Assembly: GCA_963664405.1 (NCBI GenBank)
Contig: OY761158.1
Span: forward strand, 2,432,001-2,496,000
Direction: 5' to 3'
DNA from: Thermoanaerobaculia bacterium
Lineage (GTDB): Bacteria > Acidobacteriota > Thermoanaerobaculia > Multivoradales > Multivoraceae
Length of the DNA stretch: 64,000 nt
Shown: one piece after another, positions 39,857 through 49,651 of the stretch
Layout: every line of letters starts with the position of its first letter
Position numbering within the stretch: the stretch's first letter is position 1
Notes under the pieces: generated by a model
Databases searched by the model: none
What the model was told of the DNA's origin: nothing
The model's input: only the letters and a program-made list of their open reading frames with translations
Program-made: the position numbers and the translations under genes

Positions 39857-40852
39857 ATGGACAATCGATCGCTCGTCTCGTTGGCCGTAGTCGCTTCCGT
39901 CGCGACCCTCCTGGTCTCTGCTCTTTCGAGCTCCGCCGGAGCCGGAGCCGCCGAGGATACGAAGGAGTGGTCGCCGCCGCGCCGAGCCGACGGCCAACCC
40001 GACATCAGCGGCACCTGGAACAACGTCCGCGCCGCCCACATCCCCCTCCAGCTTGCCGAGGAGCTCCTCGGCAAGGACCTCAGCCCCGAACAGCGCCAGA
40101 CGCTGGTAAAGGAGCGCTCAGATCTCCGCAAGGCCGCGCGATGGGAAGGGCACGAGAACAGCAGCGGGGTCGGTGCCTACGCCAACTACTGGTTCGACTG
40201 GTACTGGGAGGAGCCGTTGGCCGGCGATGTGCCCCAACTCTTGATCGAGCCCGACTCCGGCAGGATGCCCGCAATGACCCCCTGGGCAAAGGAGAGCGTG
40301 ACCTACCATCGCGACCACCTGCACGACTCCTACACGACCATGGAGGCCGGGGACCGCTGCATCTCCCGCGGCATCTATGGACTGATGATGCCGACCGCCT
40401 ACAACAACGGCAAGATGTTCTTCCAGTCCCCCGGATACGTAGTCATCCTCAGCGAGATGATCCACAACGCCCGCATCATCCCCATCGATGCCGGACCTCA
40501 CGTCAACGAAGGCATCGAGCTGTGGGAGGGAGATCCGCGTGGGCACTGGGAGGGCAACACGCTGGTGGTCGAGTCGACCAACTTCCGCCCCGTCCCCAAT
40601 CTGCGAGGTCCCGGTTCGAGGGCTCCTCAGACGACCAAGCGCCGCGTTGCCGAGCGCTTCACGATCGTCGACGCCGATACCCTACGCTACGAGCTGAGCG
40701 TCGACGATCCCGCGACCTACGAGGACGCTTGGACCGTCGCCTTCAACTACAAGCGCGACGACGAGTACCAGCAGTACGAGTACGCCTGCCACGAGGGGAA
40801 CTACTCGGTACCCAACTCCTTGAACGGGGCTCGCGCCGAGGAACGTCACTAG
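39857..40852 (+). CDS. Secreted uncharacterised protein (EYACHEGN family)
   Basis: DGQPDISG, DRC, YNN, WEGNTLVV, EYACHEGN. Confidence 0.8.
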   Translation: MDNRSLVSLAVVASVATLLVSALSSSAGAGAAEDTKEWSPPRRADGQPDISGTWNNVRAAHIPLQLAEELLGKDLSPEQRQTLVKERSDLRKAARWEGHENSSGVGAYANYWFDWYWEEPLAGDVPQLLIEPDSGRMPAMTPWAKESVTYHRDHLHDSYTTMEAGDRCISRGIYGLMMPTAYNNGKMFFQSPGYVVILSEMIHNARIIPIDAGPHVNEGIELWEGDPRGHWEGNTLVVESTNFRPVPNLRGPGSRAPQTTKRRVAERFTIVDADTLRYELSVDDPATYEDAWTVAFNYKRDDEYQQYEYACHEGNYSVPNSLNGARAEERH

Positions 40853-40858
40853 AGCTCC

Positions 40859-42199
40859 CTACTCGCTCTTCGAAATGGCGTATAGATGGTCCCGCGCCCG
40901 TATGAAGAGCGTGGTCCCCGATATCGCGGGTGTGGCCATGATCGGCTCGCCGAGATCGTTGTTGGCCAGGAGCTCGTACTCCGGCCCGGCTCGAATGACA
41001 AAGACCTGGCCGTCCTCACTGGGGAGATAGATTCGATCGTCGGCCACGACCGGCGAGGCGCTGAATCCAAGGCCGCCATGGGCGATGCGAGTCCGATAGA
41101 CCTCGCTCCCGCTCTTCAGGTCATAGCAGTCGAAGACTCCCTGGTTCGAGAGCACGTAGAGACGAGCTTCGTAGGCCAACGGTGTCGGCATATAAGAGCC
41201 GCGGCGAACCCAACTCCAAGCGACGGATCGGTTGGAGCCGCGACCTTCAGCCAGAGTGATGTCACCTTCTGCTCCAGGGCGCACTGCAAAGATGGGGCGC
41301 TCCGGAGCGCGGCCGCTCGCAACGATGATGAGTCCATCGGCAAAGATCGGCATTGGAGCCGTGATCTTGGAGCTCCCCCCTAGACGCCACAATTCTCTGC
41401 CGTCAGCGACATCGTAGCCGCGAATGAAGTTGGAGCCGTTGGTGACGACCTCGGTGCGGGCGGCCGACGAGATGACCGTCGGTGTCCCCCACGACGGCAG
41501 CTCGTCGCGCATCGACCGCCAGAGCTCTCGCCCCGTTTCCAGGTCGAACGCGGCAACGAAGGAGTCGCCCTGGGTGTCGCATTGAACGATCACTCGATCG
41601 TTCCAGAGAACCGGCGAGCTCGCCGACCCCCATTCGTAACTCGGCAGGTCGTAGGCGCCGACATTGAGATGGCCAAGGTCCTTCGACCAGACCAGCTCGC
41701 CGGCCGCGGTGTATACAAAGAGCCCCTGGGAGCCGAAGAAAGCCACCACATGACGGCCATCCGTAGCCGGTGAGGCGCTGGCATAGGTCGACTTGATGTG
41801 CCGTTTCTCTCGCGGCTCCCCCTCGAAAGCCGTCCGCTGCCAAAGAACCGCACCCGTTCTCTTGTCGATCGCGTACAGATTCCAACGGTGAGTCGAGCTG
41901 TCGTCGGACGCGTCGCCGTCCCCGTAGAGGCCCGGCTTGAAGCTGGCGTCTGCGCGGCTACTAATCGCCGAGGTGACGTAGAGAACATCGCCCCACACCA
42001 CCGGACTCGAATGAGCGAGGCCGGGGACGCGAAACCGCCAGGCAATGTTACGCCCGCTCTCGACGTCCCACTTCAGAGGCAGGTTCCGCCCCGCCGGAGC
42101 CACTCCAGAGGCGTGGGCCCCGCGAAAGGAAGGCCAGTCGTCTCCCCCTGAAGCCGGCGTTGCAAGCAACAGAGTGGCGACAGCGAGCCAGGGCTTCAT
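40859..42199 (-). CDS. PQQ-binding-like beta-propeller protein, secreted
   Basis: WPSFRG, HSSPVVW, WG-x-ASSP, WGTP, YMPTP, ATPA. Confidence 0.88.
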   Translation of the reverse strand: MKPWLAVATLLLATPASGGDDWPSFRGAHASGVAPAGRNLPLKWDVESGRNIAWRFRVPGLAHSSPVVWGDVLYVTSAISSRADASFKPGLYGDGDASDDSSTHRWNLYAIDKRTGAVLWQRTAFEGEPREKRHIKSTYASASPATDGRHVVAFFGSQGLFVYTAAGELVWSKDLGHLNVGAYDLPSYEWGSASSPVLWNDRVIVQCDTQGDSFVAAFDLETGRELWRSMRDELPSWGTPTVISSAARTEVVTNGSNFIRGYDVADGRELWRLGGSSKITAPMPIFADGLIIVASGRAPERPIFAVRPGAEGDITLAEGRGSNRSVAWSWVRRGSYMPTPLAYEARLYVLSNQGVFDCYDLKSGSEVYRTRIAHGGLGFSASPVVADDRIYLPSEDGQVFVIRAGPEYELLANNDLGEPIMATPAISGTTLFIRARDHLYAISKSE

Positions 42200-42206
42200 A
42201 GTGTAA

Positions 42207-43031
42207 CTACACGTAGTCGCGACGTAGCACCTCGGCTGAAGCAGTGTCGAGGCGCTCGCTGCGGCGCACTTCCTCGAAACGATCGAGCAGGTCCTCGGGG
42301 CGCAGGCGACGCTTCTCAGATCCCGAGATATCGTGATGGACCCGACCCTGGACCATCATGATCAGGCGATCGCCGAGGGTCGCCGCCTGCTGCATCGAGT
42401 GCGTGACCATCATGGTGGTCAGACGGCCACCCTCGATCGCGCGGCAGCTCAATCGTATGACCTGATCGCCGCTCTTGGGGTCGAGCGCAGCAGTGTGCTC
42501 GTCGAGGAGAAGCAGCTCGGGTCGGCGCCAGGTCGCCATCAGCAGCGTCAGTCCCTGGCGCTGCCCGCCAGAGAGGGTACCGATCGGATTGTCGAGGCGG
42601 TCCTCGAGCCCCATACCCAGACCGCGCACGCGGTCGGCGAGCTCGGCTCGACGCGCCTTGCCTAAGGCAAAGCCAAGGCCACGCCGGCGGCCTCGTCGAG
42701 CGGCGAGTGCGAGGTTTTCGGCAATCGAGAGATCCGGCGCCGTCCCGGAGAACGGGTTTTGGAACACCCGACCGACCAACTGGGCACGGCGGTGCTCGGG
42801 CCAGCGCGTGACGTCGCGACCGGCGAGCCGGATCCGACCGCGGTCGATGGGAAACGATCCCGCCACCGCGTTCAGGAGCGTCGATTTTCCCGAACCGTTC
42901 ATGCCGACGATGATGACGAAGGAGCCACTCTCGACTTCGAGGTCGACACCGCGTAGCGCGCGCACCTCGTTCGCGGTGCCTTCACCGAAGGTCTTGACGA
43001 CTCCGCTGACCTCGACAGAGGGAAGAGTCAT
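42207..43031 (-). CDS. ABC transporter ATP-binding protein
   Basis: [27 protein letters not shown]. Confidence 0.95.
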   Translation of the reverse strand: MTLPSVEVSGVVKTFGEGTANEVRALRGVDLEVESGSFVIIVGMNGSGKSTLLNAVAGSFPIDRGRIRLAGRDVTRWPEHRRAQLVGRVFQNPFSGTAPDLSIAENLALAARRGRRRGLGFALGKARRAELADRVRGLGMGLEDRLDNPIGTLSGGQRQGLTLLMATWRRPELLLLDEHTAALDPKSGDQVIRLSCRAIEGGRLTTMMVTHSMQQAATLGDRLIMMVQGRVHHDISGSEKRRLRPEDLLDRFEEVRRSERLDTASAEVLRRDYV

Positions 43032-43981
43032 CGCCCGCCCTCCGCATCCAGCGGCGACGCCGCGGGCCGGCGCGCCCGTAATCGTGCCAGCACCCCCGGG
43101 AGAACGAGAGCGACGAAGACAAAGACCGCCGTCACCAACTTGAGGTCGGTCGGGTTGAGCCCGGCCCGGAGCGCGATCGCCACCAGCAGGCGGAAGAGGA
43201 CCGAGCCCATCACCGCGCCAGTGATCACCAGCCCGATATCGGTCGTGCCCACCAGTGCTTCACCGATAATCACGCTAGCCAGACCCCAGACCACCATCCC
43301 GATCCCCATCTGCACATCGGCGAACCCCTGGTACTGGGCAAGCAGCGCCCCCGCCAGACCGACGAGACCGTTGGCGAGCGCGATGCCGCCGATCTGCATA
43401 TTGCCGACATTGACGCCCTGAGCACGGATCATCTGCTCGTTGTTGCCGGTGGCGCGCATCGCAGTGCCGAGCTGGGTACGCAGGAACATCAGCAGGAGGC
43501 CGGCGACCGAGACCACCAACCCGAAGATCACGAGCAGAACCGAGAGATCGCGGGTAGTCACCGCGAACCCGGCAATCTCGAGCTCAGTCTGGCCGAGCCA
43601 GCGCGTCCCGACCGCCTCGGCCTGCGTCGCAAGCGTTTGAGCAGAGAGTAGGGGCACATTGCTCTTGCCCATGATGCGCAGGTTGATGGAGTAAAGCGCC
43701 GTCATCACCAAGATCCCAGCCAGCAGGCGATTGATCTTGAAGCGCGAATGGAGCACGCCGGTCGCGGCCCCCGCGGCGGCGCCACCGAGGGCGCCGGCGA
43801 GGGTGGCCCACAACGGCGAGACGCCGTCGACCAGCAATACCGCGGCGATCGCGGCGCCGGTCGTGACCGAGCCATCGGTGGTGATGTCCGGGAAGCTGAA
43901 AACGCGGAAGCTGATGAACACACCCATGGCGAGGAGCGAAAGGATGAGGCCGATGCTGAGGGCACCCAGGAGGAGGGCCAT
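43028..43981 (-). CDS. ABC transporter permease (putative aromatic amino acid type)
   Basis: FPDIT-x-DGS, LLAGIL-x-MTALYSINLRIMG, G-x-AMRATG-x-N, multiple TM helices. Confidence 0.92.
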   Translation of the reverse strand: MALLLGALSIGLILSLLAMGVFISFRVFSFPDITTDGSVTTGAAIAAVLLVDGVSPLWATLAGALGGAAAGAATGVLHSRFKINRLLAGILVMTALYSINLRIMGKSNVPLLSAQTLATQAEAVGTRWLGQTELEIAGFAVTTRDLSVLLVIFGLVVSVAGLLLMFLRTQLGTAMRATGNNEQMIRAQGVNVGNMQIGGIALANGLVGLAGALLAQYQGFADVQMGIGMVVWGLASVIIGEALVGTTDIGLVITGAVMGSVLFRLLVAIALRAGLNPTDLKLVTAVFVFVALVLPGVLARLRARRPAASPLDAEGGR

Positions 43982-43983
43982 GG

Positions 43984-45207
43984 CTACACGCTCTCGCCGG
44001 CCGAAAGGGGAGCAAGCCAAAGAGCTCCGCGTCTGAGCTGACTCTCGCCCAGCCCGTCCGAGGCACGGTCGTCGTGAACCAGGTGTAGCAACCCCCGAAG
44101 GGCCTCGGTCTCGAAGAGGCCGCCAACGACAGCCTCGAGCTCGAGTGGCCCCCGCGGGAGTGGGCGATAGGAAAAGGCCGCCGCGTGAAAGTGCCCACTG
44201 ATGTCGTCGCTCCCGACCGGGCGCAGGAAGGGGGCAAGCACTCCCTCAGCGGCACCGGACCGGACGGCGACGCCAACAATCAGGGCCTGGCACCCCGGCC
44301 ACGCCCGATCCGAGGTGAAGGAGAGCCACTCCCGAACCTGCGGGAATGACAGATCGGGCCGCTCGCTGTCGAGCGCGGGCGAGCGCCGGAGCGCCGCGCC
44401 GACGAGTCCAGCGGTCTCAGCCACCGCCACGATACCCACCGCCTCCGCCTTCACGAGATCGAGGGCCGCGGCGGCAAGAGTAGAGACCTCGATCGGACGA
44501 TCAGTCGCCTGGAAGCGTACGTGGGTGGAGAGAGAGCCGGAGCAGGCCAGCCCGTAGAGCAGGCAGGTCTCGGGACCCGCGGCGCCCTTGGCGAGTAGAA
44601 AATCTGGCACATTGGTGCCGTCGGTCGGCTGATAGACCGCGGCGCCGGCGACGGCAAGGAGCTCGCCGAAGCGGCCGCTACAGTCATCGAAGCCGCCTCC
44701 GAAGGCGCCGATCCCAAGACCGAAGCCACTCACTGGGAAGGTCAGATTGTGGCAGTCTTCGGCGCCGAAGCCCTCTGCGAGCCGCCCCGGCTCGCCGATC
44801 AGCCGGTATTCGAGGGGCACCCGGTCCTCAGCATCCCAAACCTCGAGCGCTCCCCCCTCGATGTCGACGGCGCGGCCGGAGGCACCTACCGCCGCGGGCT
44901 CCTGCGGCTGCAGCACGAGCAAGTCGAGAAGGCCCGCCATCTCGAGCGTAGAACGGACCGCTTCAGACAGACGCGCGAGGCGCATCGCCCCACCGACCCT
45001 GCCGAGCTCACGATGGGCTACGACGAGGGCAGTGATCCCGCCGGAGCTGAGGTAGACGACCCCGGAGAGATCAAGCGAGAGTCGGACGACGCCGTCGCGG
45101 ATCACCTCGTCCAGAGCATTGGTCAAATGATCCGCCCAGTAGGCGTCGAGTCGTCCCTTGACGGCCAGCTCCAAGCCATCAGGTAATGATCGTCGGGTGA
45201 TCTCCAT
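43984..45207 (-). CDS. STAS (anti-anti-sigma) domain fused to an uncharacterised C-terminal domain
   Basis: GRLDA, LDLS-x-V-x-YLSS-x-G in the first ~100 aa; C-terminal GHFHAA. Confidence 0.8.
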   Translation of the reverse strand: MEITRRSLPDGLELAVKGRLDAYWADHLTNALDEVIRDGVVRLSLDLSGVVYLSSGGITALVVAHRELGRVGGAMRLARLSEAVRSTLEMAGLLDLLVLQPQEPAAVGASGRAVDIEGGALEVWDAEDRVPLEYRLIGEPGRLAEGFGAEDCHNLTFPVSGFGLGIGAFGGGFDDCSGRFGELLAVAGAAVYQPTDGTNVPDFLLAKGAAGPETCLLYGLACSGSLSTHVRFQATDRPIEVSTLAAAALDLVKAEAVGIVAVAETAGLVGAALRRSPALDSERPDLSFPQVREWLSFTSDRAWPGCQALIVGVAVRSGAAEGVLAPFLRPVGSDDISGHFHAAAFSYRPLPRGPLELEAVVGGLFETEALRGLLHLVHDDRASDGLGESQLRRGALWLAPLSAGESV

Positions 45208-45246
45208 CGATCTTGCGTTCGTGCAGCGAGGCCCGACCATCATACG

Positions 45247-47211
45247 ATGGCCGTCATCATGTGGCCCACGCTACGCCGACTTCTTCTGGGGTTCGCCTTG
45301 ATCGTTCTCGCCTCCGCGGTCCTGCTCCTCTCGGACCGCAACCGCAATCGTCCGTCAGCCTCACAGACGCTCCGCAGAATTGCGATCCTCCAGCACGCGT
45401 CGCAACCGGTCCTCGACGAGGGCGTACGCGGAATGATCGAGGGGCTCGCCGAGGGCGGCTTCGTCGAAGGCCGGAACCTCGAGATCAGGCGTTACAACGC
45501 CGAGAACGACGTCGCCACGGCCAACACCATCGCCGTCGAGATCACCACCGCTCCGAACGACCTGATCCTGACTGCGACCACTGTCAGTCTCCAAGCCGTC
45601 GCCAACGCGAACCAGCGCCGCGGCCGCCTCCACGTCTTCGCCCTCGTTACCGACCCGTTCGCCTCGGGAGTCGGCATTAGTCGCGACAACCCGCTCGATC
45701 ACCCGCCCTATATGGTCGGCTACGGCACGATGCTACCGGTGGTAAAGGCGCTCGAGATCGCCATCACTATGTTTCCTGAGCTCGGGTCTGTCGGCATCCC
45801 ATGAAACGCCGGGGAGACCAACTCGGAGATCTCAACGAAGCTTGCGCGGGAGGCGTGTGCAGAGCGGGGCATTGAAGTGCTCGAAGCTGGGGTCGAGAAC
45901 ACGGCGGCCGTCGGCGAAGCGGTCGCATCCCTGGTCGCGCGCGGTGCCCAGGCCATCTGGTCGCCCGGCGACGTCACCGTCCTAACCGCGATCGACTCCG
46001 CGGTGGCGCAGGCACGGGCTGGCAGAATCCCGATGTTCACCAACATACCCGGGAGCTCAGAGCAGGGCACGCTCTTCGACGTCGGTGCCAACTACCTCGA
46101 GGTGGGTCGACAGGCGGGACTGTTGGCCGGACGGGTCCTCAGTGGCGAAGACCCGGCGACGATCCCGGTCGAGAACTTGGTGCCCGAGCGCGTCACGATC
46201 AACGAGGCTGCACTCGATGGCCTGCGCGATCCGTGGCGCTTCACCGAGGCGTTGCTACGCCAGGCTAGAGCCGACTCAGGGGCGACGCGATCGCGGCCCC
46301 CGCCGGGGCGGCGCTTCCAGATCGACCTGCTCGAGTACGTCGAGGTACAAGACGTCGAGGATGCCGAGCGAGGTATCCGTGACGGCTTCCGCGACGCCGG
46401 TTGGGTCGATGGTCGGGATTTTGTGATCCGCAAGCGGATCGCCCAGGGCGACATGCCGACCCTGCCGGCGCTGGTCGACGCCGCCATCACCGAGGGCACC
46501 GATCTCATCATGACCCTCTCCACCCCGACCCTGCAGGCGGCGCTGGCACGGGGCAGGGACACGCCGATCATCTTTACCTTCTGCGCCAGTGGCGTCGCCG
46601 CGGGAGCGGGCACGAGCAACGACGACCATCTGCCGAACGTGACCGGAGTACCGAGCGCGAGCCCCTACACCGAGCTGGTCGAGCTGGCGCGCGAGGCGAT
46701 GCCCGGGCTCCGCCGCGTGGGTACTCTGGTAGTACCGTCCGAGGCGAACTCGGTCTTCAACACCGCCCAGCTAGTCGAAGAGGCGGGTCGATACGGCATC
46801 GAAGTAGAACAGATGGCGGTCAACGCGGTGACCGAGGTTTCCGACGCTGCCATCGCGCTGTGCGGCCGCGATATCGACGCTATCCTCCAGGTTGGATCCA
46901 ATCTGACCACGTCGTCTTTCGTCACCGTTGCCAAGGCGGCACGCGACGCCAGGGTACCGCTGTGGAGCGTGTTGACCGGCGACCTGGAGAAGGGGGCGGC
47001 GGTCGTGATGGCTCGGGACTACGAAGACGCCGGACACCAGGCCGCCGGTCTCGCAGTGCGCGTGCTCGAGGGCGAGAGCCCGGCCACGATTCCCTTCCAA
47101 CCGCTCACCACCTCGCGGTTGCTCGTCAATCTCGATGCGGCCCGCGCTCAGGGCTTTCGGGTACCGGCGGCGATAGTAGACAGAGCCGAGGTCGTGATCG
47201 GAGAGCCCTGA
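45247..47211 (+). pseudogene. Tandem-domain ABC substrate-binding protein with in-frame TGA at 45802-45804
   Basis: ORFs 45247-45804 and 45877-47211 share one frame; reads GSVGIP-stop-NAGETNS; two ABC_sub_bind-like halves. Confidence 0.8.
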
Positions 47212-47214
47212 GCA

Positions 47215-49473
47215 GTGAAGGCCGTCGCCTTTCGGCTGTCGGCTCTGTTCTTGGTGCCGGCGCTGCTCTTCGTCGGGCTCGAGGGCTCGCTACGCATCGC
47301 CGGCTGGGGAAACCCCGCCACCTTCTGGCTGCCGCTAGAGGGCGGCACGACCTACACCACCAATCAGCGTTTCGGAGACCGCTTCTTCCCGCCTCATCTG
47401 GCTCGCACTCCTCAGGTCCAGGTCCTCCAACAGCCTAAGCCCGAAGGGACGTACCGCGTCTTCCTACTCGGCGGCTCGGCCGCGATGGGAACGCCGGATG
47501 CCGCTTTCGGACTCGCTCGACACCTCGAGGCCATGCTCGGAGACCGCTATCCGGGGACGACCTTCGAAGTTTGGAACGCGGCGATGACCGCCATCAACTC
47601 GCATGTGGTGAGGATCATTGGTGGCGACTGCCTCGCACTAGACCCCGACCTCCTCGTGATCTATCTCGGCAACAACGAAGTGGTTGGCCCCTATGGACCT
47701 GGCACCGTCTTCGAGAGCTTCAGCTCGAGTCTGACCCTCATCCGCATGAGTGCTTGGGCCAAGGCCACCCGTACCGGCCAGCTCGTGGCAGCGATCGCGG
47801 CCTCGATCTGGCGTGGCGCCGACGGTCCAGCCGAGTGGGCCGGGCTGAGCATGTTTCGAGAGCGAAAGATCAGCGAAGACGATGCCCGGCTGGAGAGGAC
47901 CTACGGGCATATGCGGCGCAATGTCGGGGATCTGATCGAGGAAGCCCGAGGCCAAGGCGTACCCGTATTGCTCTCGACCGTGGCTACGAACCTGGTTAGT
48001 CATCCCCCGTTCGCCTCGCGTGAGGGCGCCGATCCCGTTATCGAAGAGAGCCACCTCTTGCCCTCGGACGAGGCGATCGACAATCTGCGCCAGGCTCTCG
48101 CCACAGAAGAAGGCTCAGCCGAGCTCCACTACCGCCTTGCCCAGCTCCTCCGCAAGACCGGCCGCATCGACGAGGCCCTGGATCACTTCGTTCGTGCACG
48201 AGATACCGACCTCCTGCGCTTTCGCGCCGACAGCAAGATCAACCACACCCTACGGCTGCTAGGCGACCGAGAAGGAGTAACCCTCGTCGATGCAGACCGC
48301 ATCTTCGCAGAGGCACAGCTCGCCGAGCAGGGCCAGGCACCCGATCTCTTCTGGGAGCATGTTCATCTGACTTTCGACGGCAACTTCCGCCTCGCGAGTG
48401 CGCTCGCGGAGAGCCTGCACCCACTGCTTCCGCTTCCGCTCCAGACAACTCGCGATCGAGGCACGACGCCGTCGCTCGAAGGCATGGCTCGCCGCCTGGG
48501 CGTCAACTCGTGGCACCAATTCGAGATGCTCGACACTATAGGGCGGCTCCTCGAGCGTCCTCCCTTCAACTCGGACCCCAGCCAAGTGGCTCGAGTGCGT
48601 CGATGGCGAGCCGTGCGCCCGGTTCTGGAGCGACGCGCGAGAGAGGGTCTCGAGGCCGCGGCGGAGCAGCAGACCGCGGCGGTCGAGCGAGATCCTCGCG
48701 ATATCCAGCTGCGCGAGAACCTGGTCGACTTGCTCGAGGAGCAAGGACGCCTGAGCGAGGCGACGGTGCAAATGCGTAGCCTCCTCGCTGAGGTGCCGGG
48801 TGTCCGGGCATGGATGACGCGGCTCGCGTTTCTGCTTGCGGAGCAGAATCAATTCGACGAGGCCCGTGAGCTCCTCGAAGATGTGGCTGATCGCTCCCCC
48901 AGGCAAGATCAGCCCCGGGGAAACCTCGGTTTCCTTCTCGAAAGCCAGCAACTCCTCGACCCAGCAGCGGAGCAGTATCTCCTGGCCATCGAAGCTCTCC
49001 CCTCGAGCCTCACGGCACGCTACCAACTCGCGGCCCTACGCGAGCGGCAGTCGAAAGTGGGAGAGGCCCAGGCCATTCTCGAAGAAGCTGCGGCCTTGGC
49101 GCCACTGCAGCCGGAGCCCGCAATCCGTCTGGCCGAGCTCTTCGACCGTCAGCAACGCTTTGACGAGGCAATCGAGCTCTATCGCAAGGCCATCGAGCTC
49201 GAGCCCGAGTCGGGGCAAGTGCACAACAATCTGGGATTTATCCTCGAGCGGACTGGCCGTCTAGCGGACGCCCTGAGGCACTATCAGGCCGCCACCGAGG
49301 TCGACCCCGGCTATGCACTCGCGTACTTCAATCTTGCCGACGGACTCCTCGCCATCAACCGTCCGGCGGAAGCCGCGGAGACCTACAGGGCGGGCTTGGA
49401 GCTCGATCCCGACAACCCGCAGGCGCGCAGCAACCTCGTCATAGCGACCGAGATGACCCTTGGCTCACGCTAA
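47215..49473 (+). CDS. SGNH-like domain plus TPR-repeat protein
   Basis: LGGSAAMG, YLGNNE, EHVH, C-terminal TPRs (HNNLG, AYFNLA). Confidence 0.82.
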   Translation: MKAVAFRLSALFLVPALLFVGLEGSLRIAGWGNPATFWLPLEGGTTYTTNQRFGDRFFPPHLARTPQVQVLQQPKPEGTYRVFLLGGSAAMGTPDAAFGLARHLEAMLGDRYPGTTFEVWNAAMTAINSHVVRIIGGDCLALDPDLLVIYLGNNEVVGPYGPGTVFESFSSSLTLIRMSAWAKATRTGQLVAAIAASIWRGADGPAEWAGLSMFRERKISEDDARLERTYGHMRRNVGDLIEEARGQGVPVLLSTVATNLVSHPPFASREGADPVIEESHLLPSDEAIDNLRQALATEEGSAELHYRLAQLLRKTGRIDEALDHFVRARDTDLLRFRADSKINHTLRLLGDREGVTLVDADRIFAEAQLAEQGQAPDLFWEHVHLTFDGNFRLASALAESLHPLLPLPLQTTRDRGTTPSLEGMARRLGVNSWHQFEMLDTIGRLLERPPFNSDPSQVARVRRWRAVRPVLERRAREGLEAAAEQQTAAVERDPRDIQLRENLVDLLEEQGRLSEATVQMRSLLAEVPGVRAWMTRLAFLLAEQNQFDEARELLEDVADRSPRQDQPRGNLGFLLESQQLLDPAAEQYLLAIEALPSSLTARYQLAALRERQSKVGEAQAILEEAAALAPLQPEPAIRLAELFDRQQRFDEAIELYRKAIELEPESGQVHNNLGFILERTGRLADALRHYQAATEVDPGYALAYFNLADGLLAINRPAEAAETYRAGLELDPDNPQARSNLVIATEMTLGSR

Positions 49474-49651
49474 GCCGCCAAGCTCCACCCTCTCTTGGAT
49501 TCTTCTTCCGCTCGGCCTGGTTGCGATCGGAATCGCTCTCGATCATCTGATCACTGAGGGTGATCTACTCATGCCTCTCAGTCGCTGCTAGCGTGAGAGA
49601 TTAACGATTCATCGAACACAGGCGAGCGCGACCGGGGAGGCTACACGAGTA

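Noticed and set aside
45802-45804. Selenocysteine or alternative genetic code at the in-frame TGA
   Set aside because: The position matches an aromatic residue rather than Cys, and TGA terminates many intact genes in this window.
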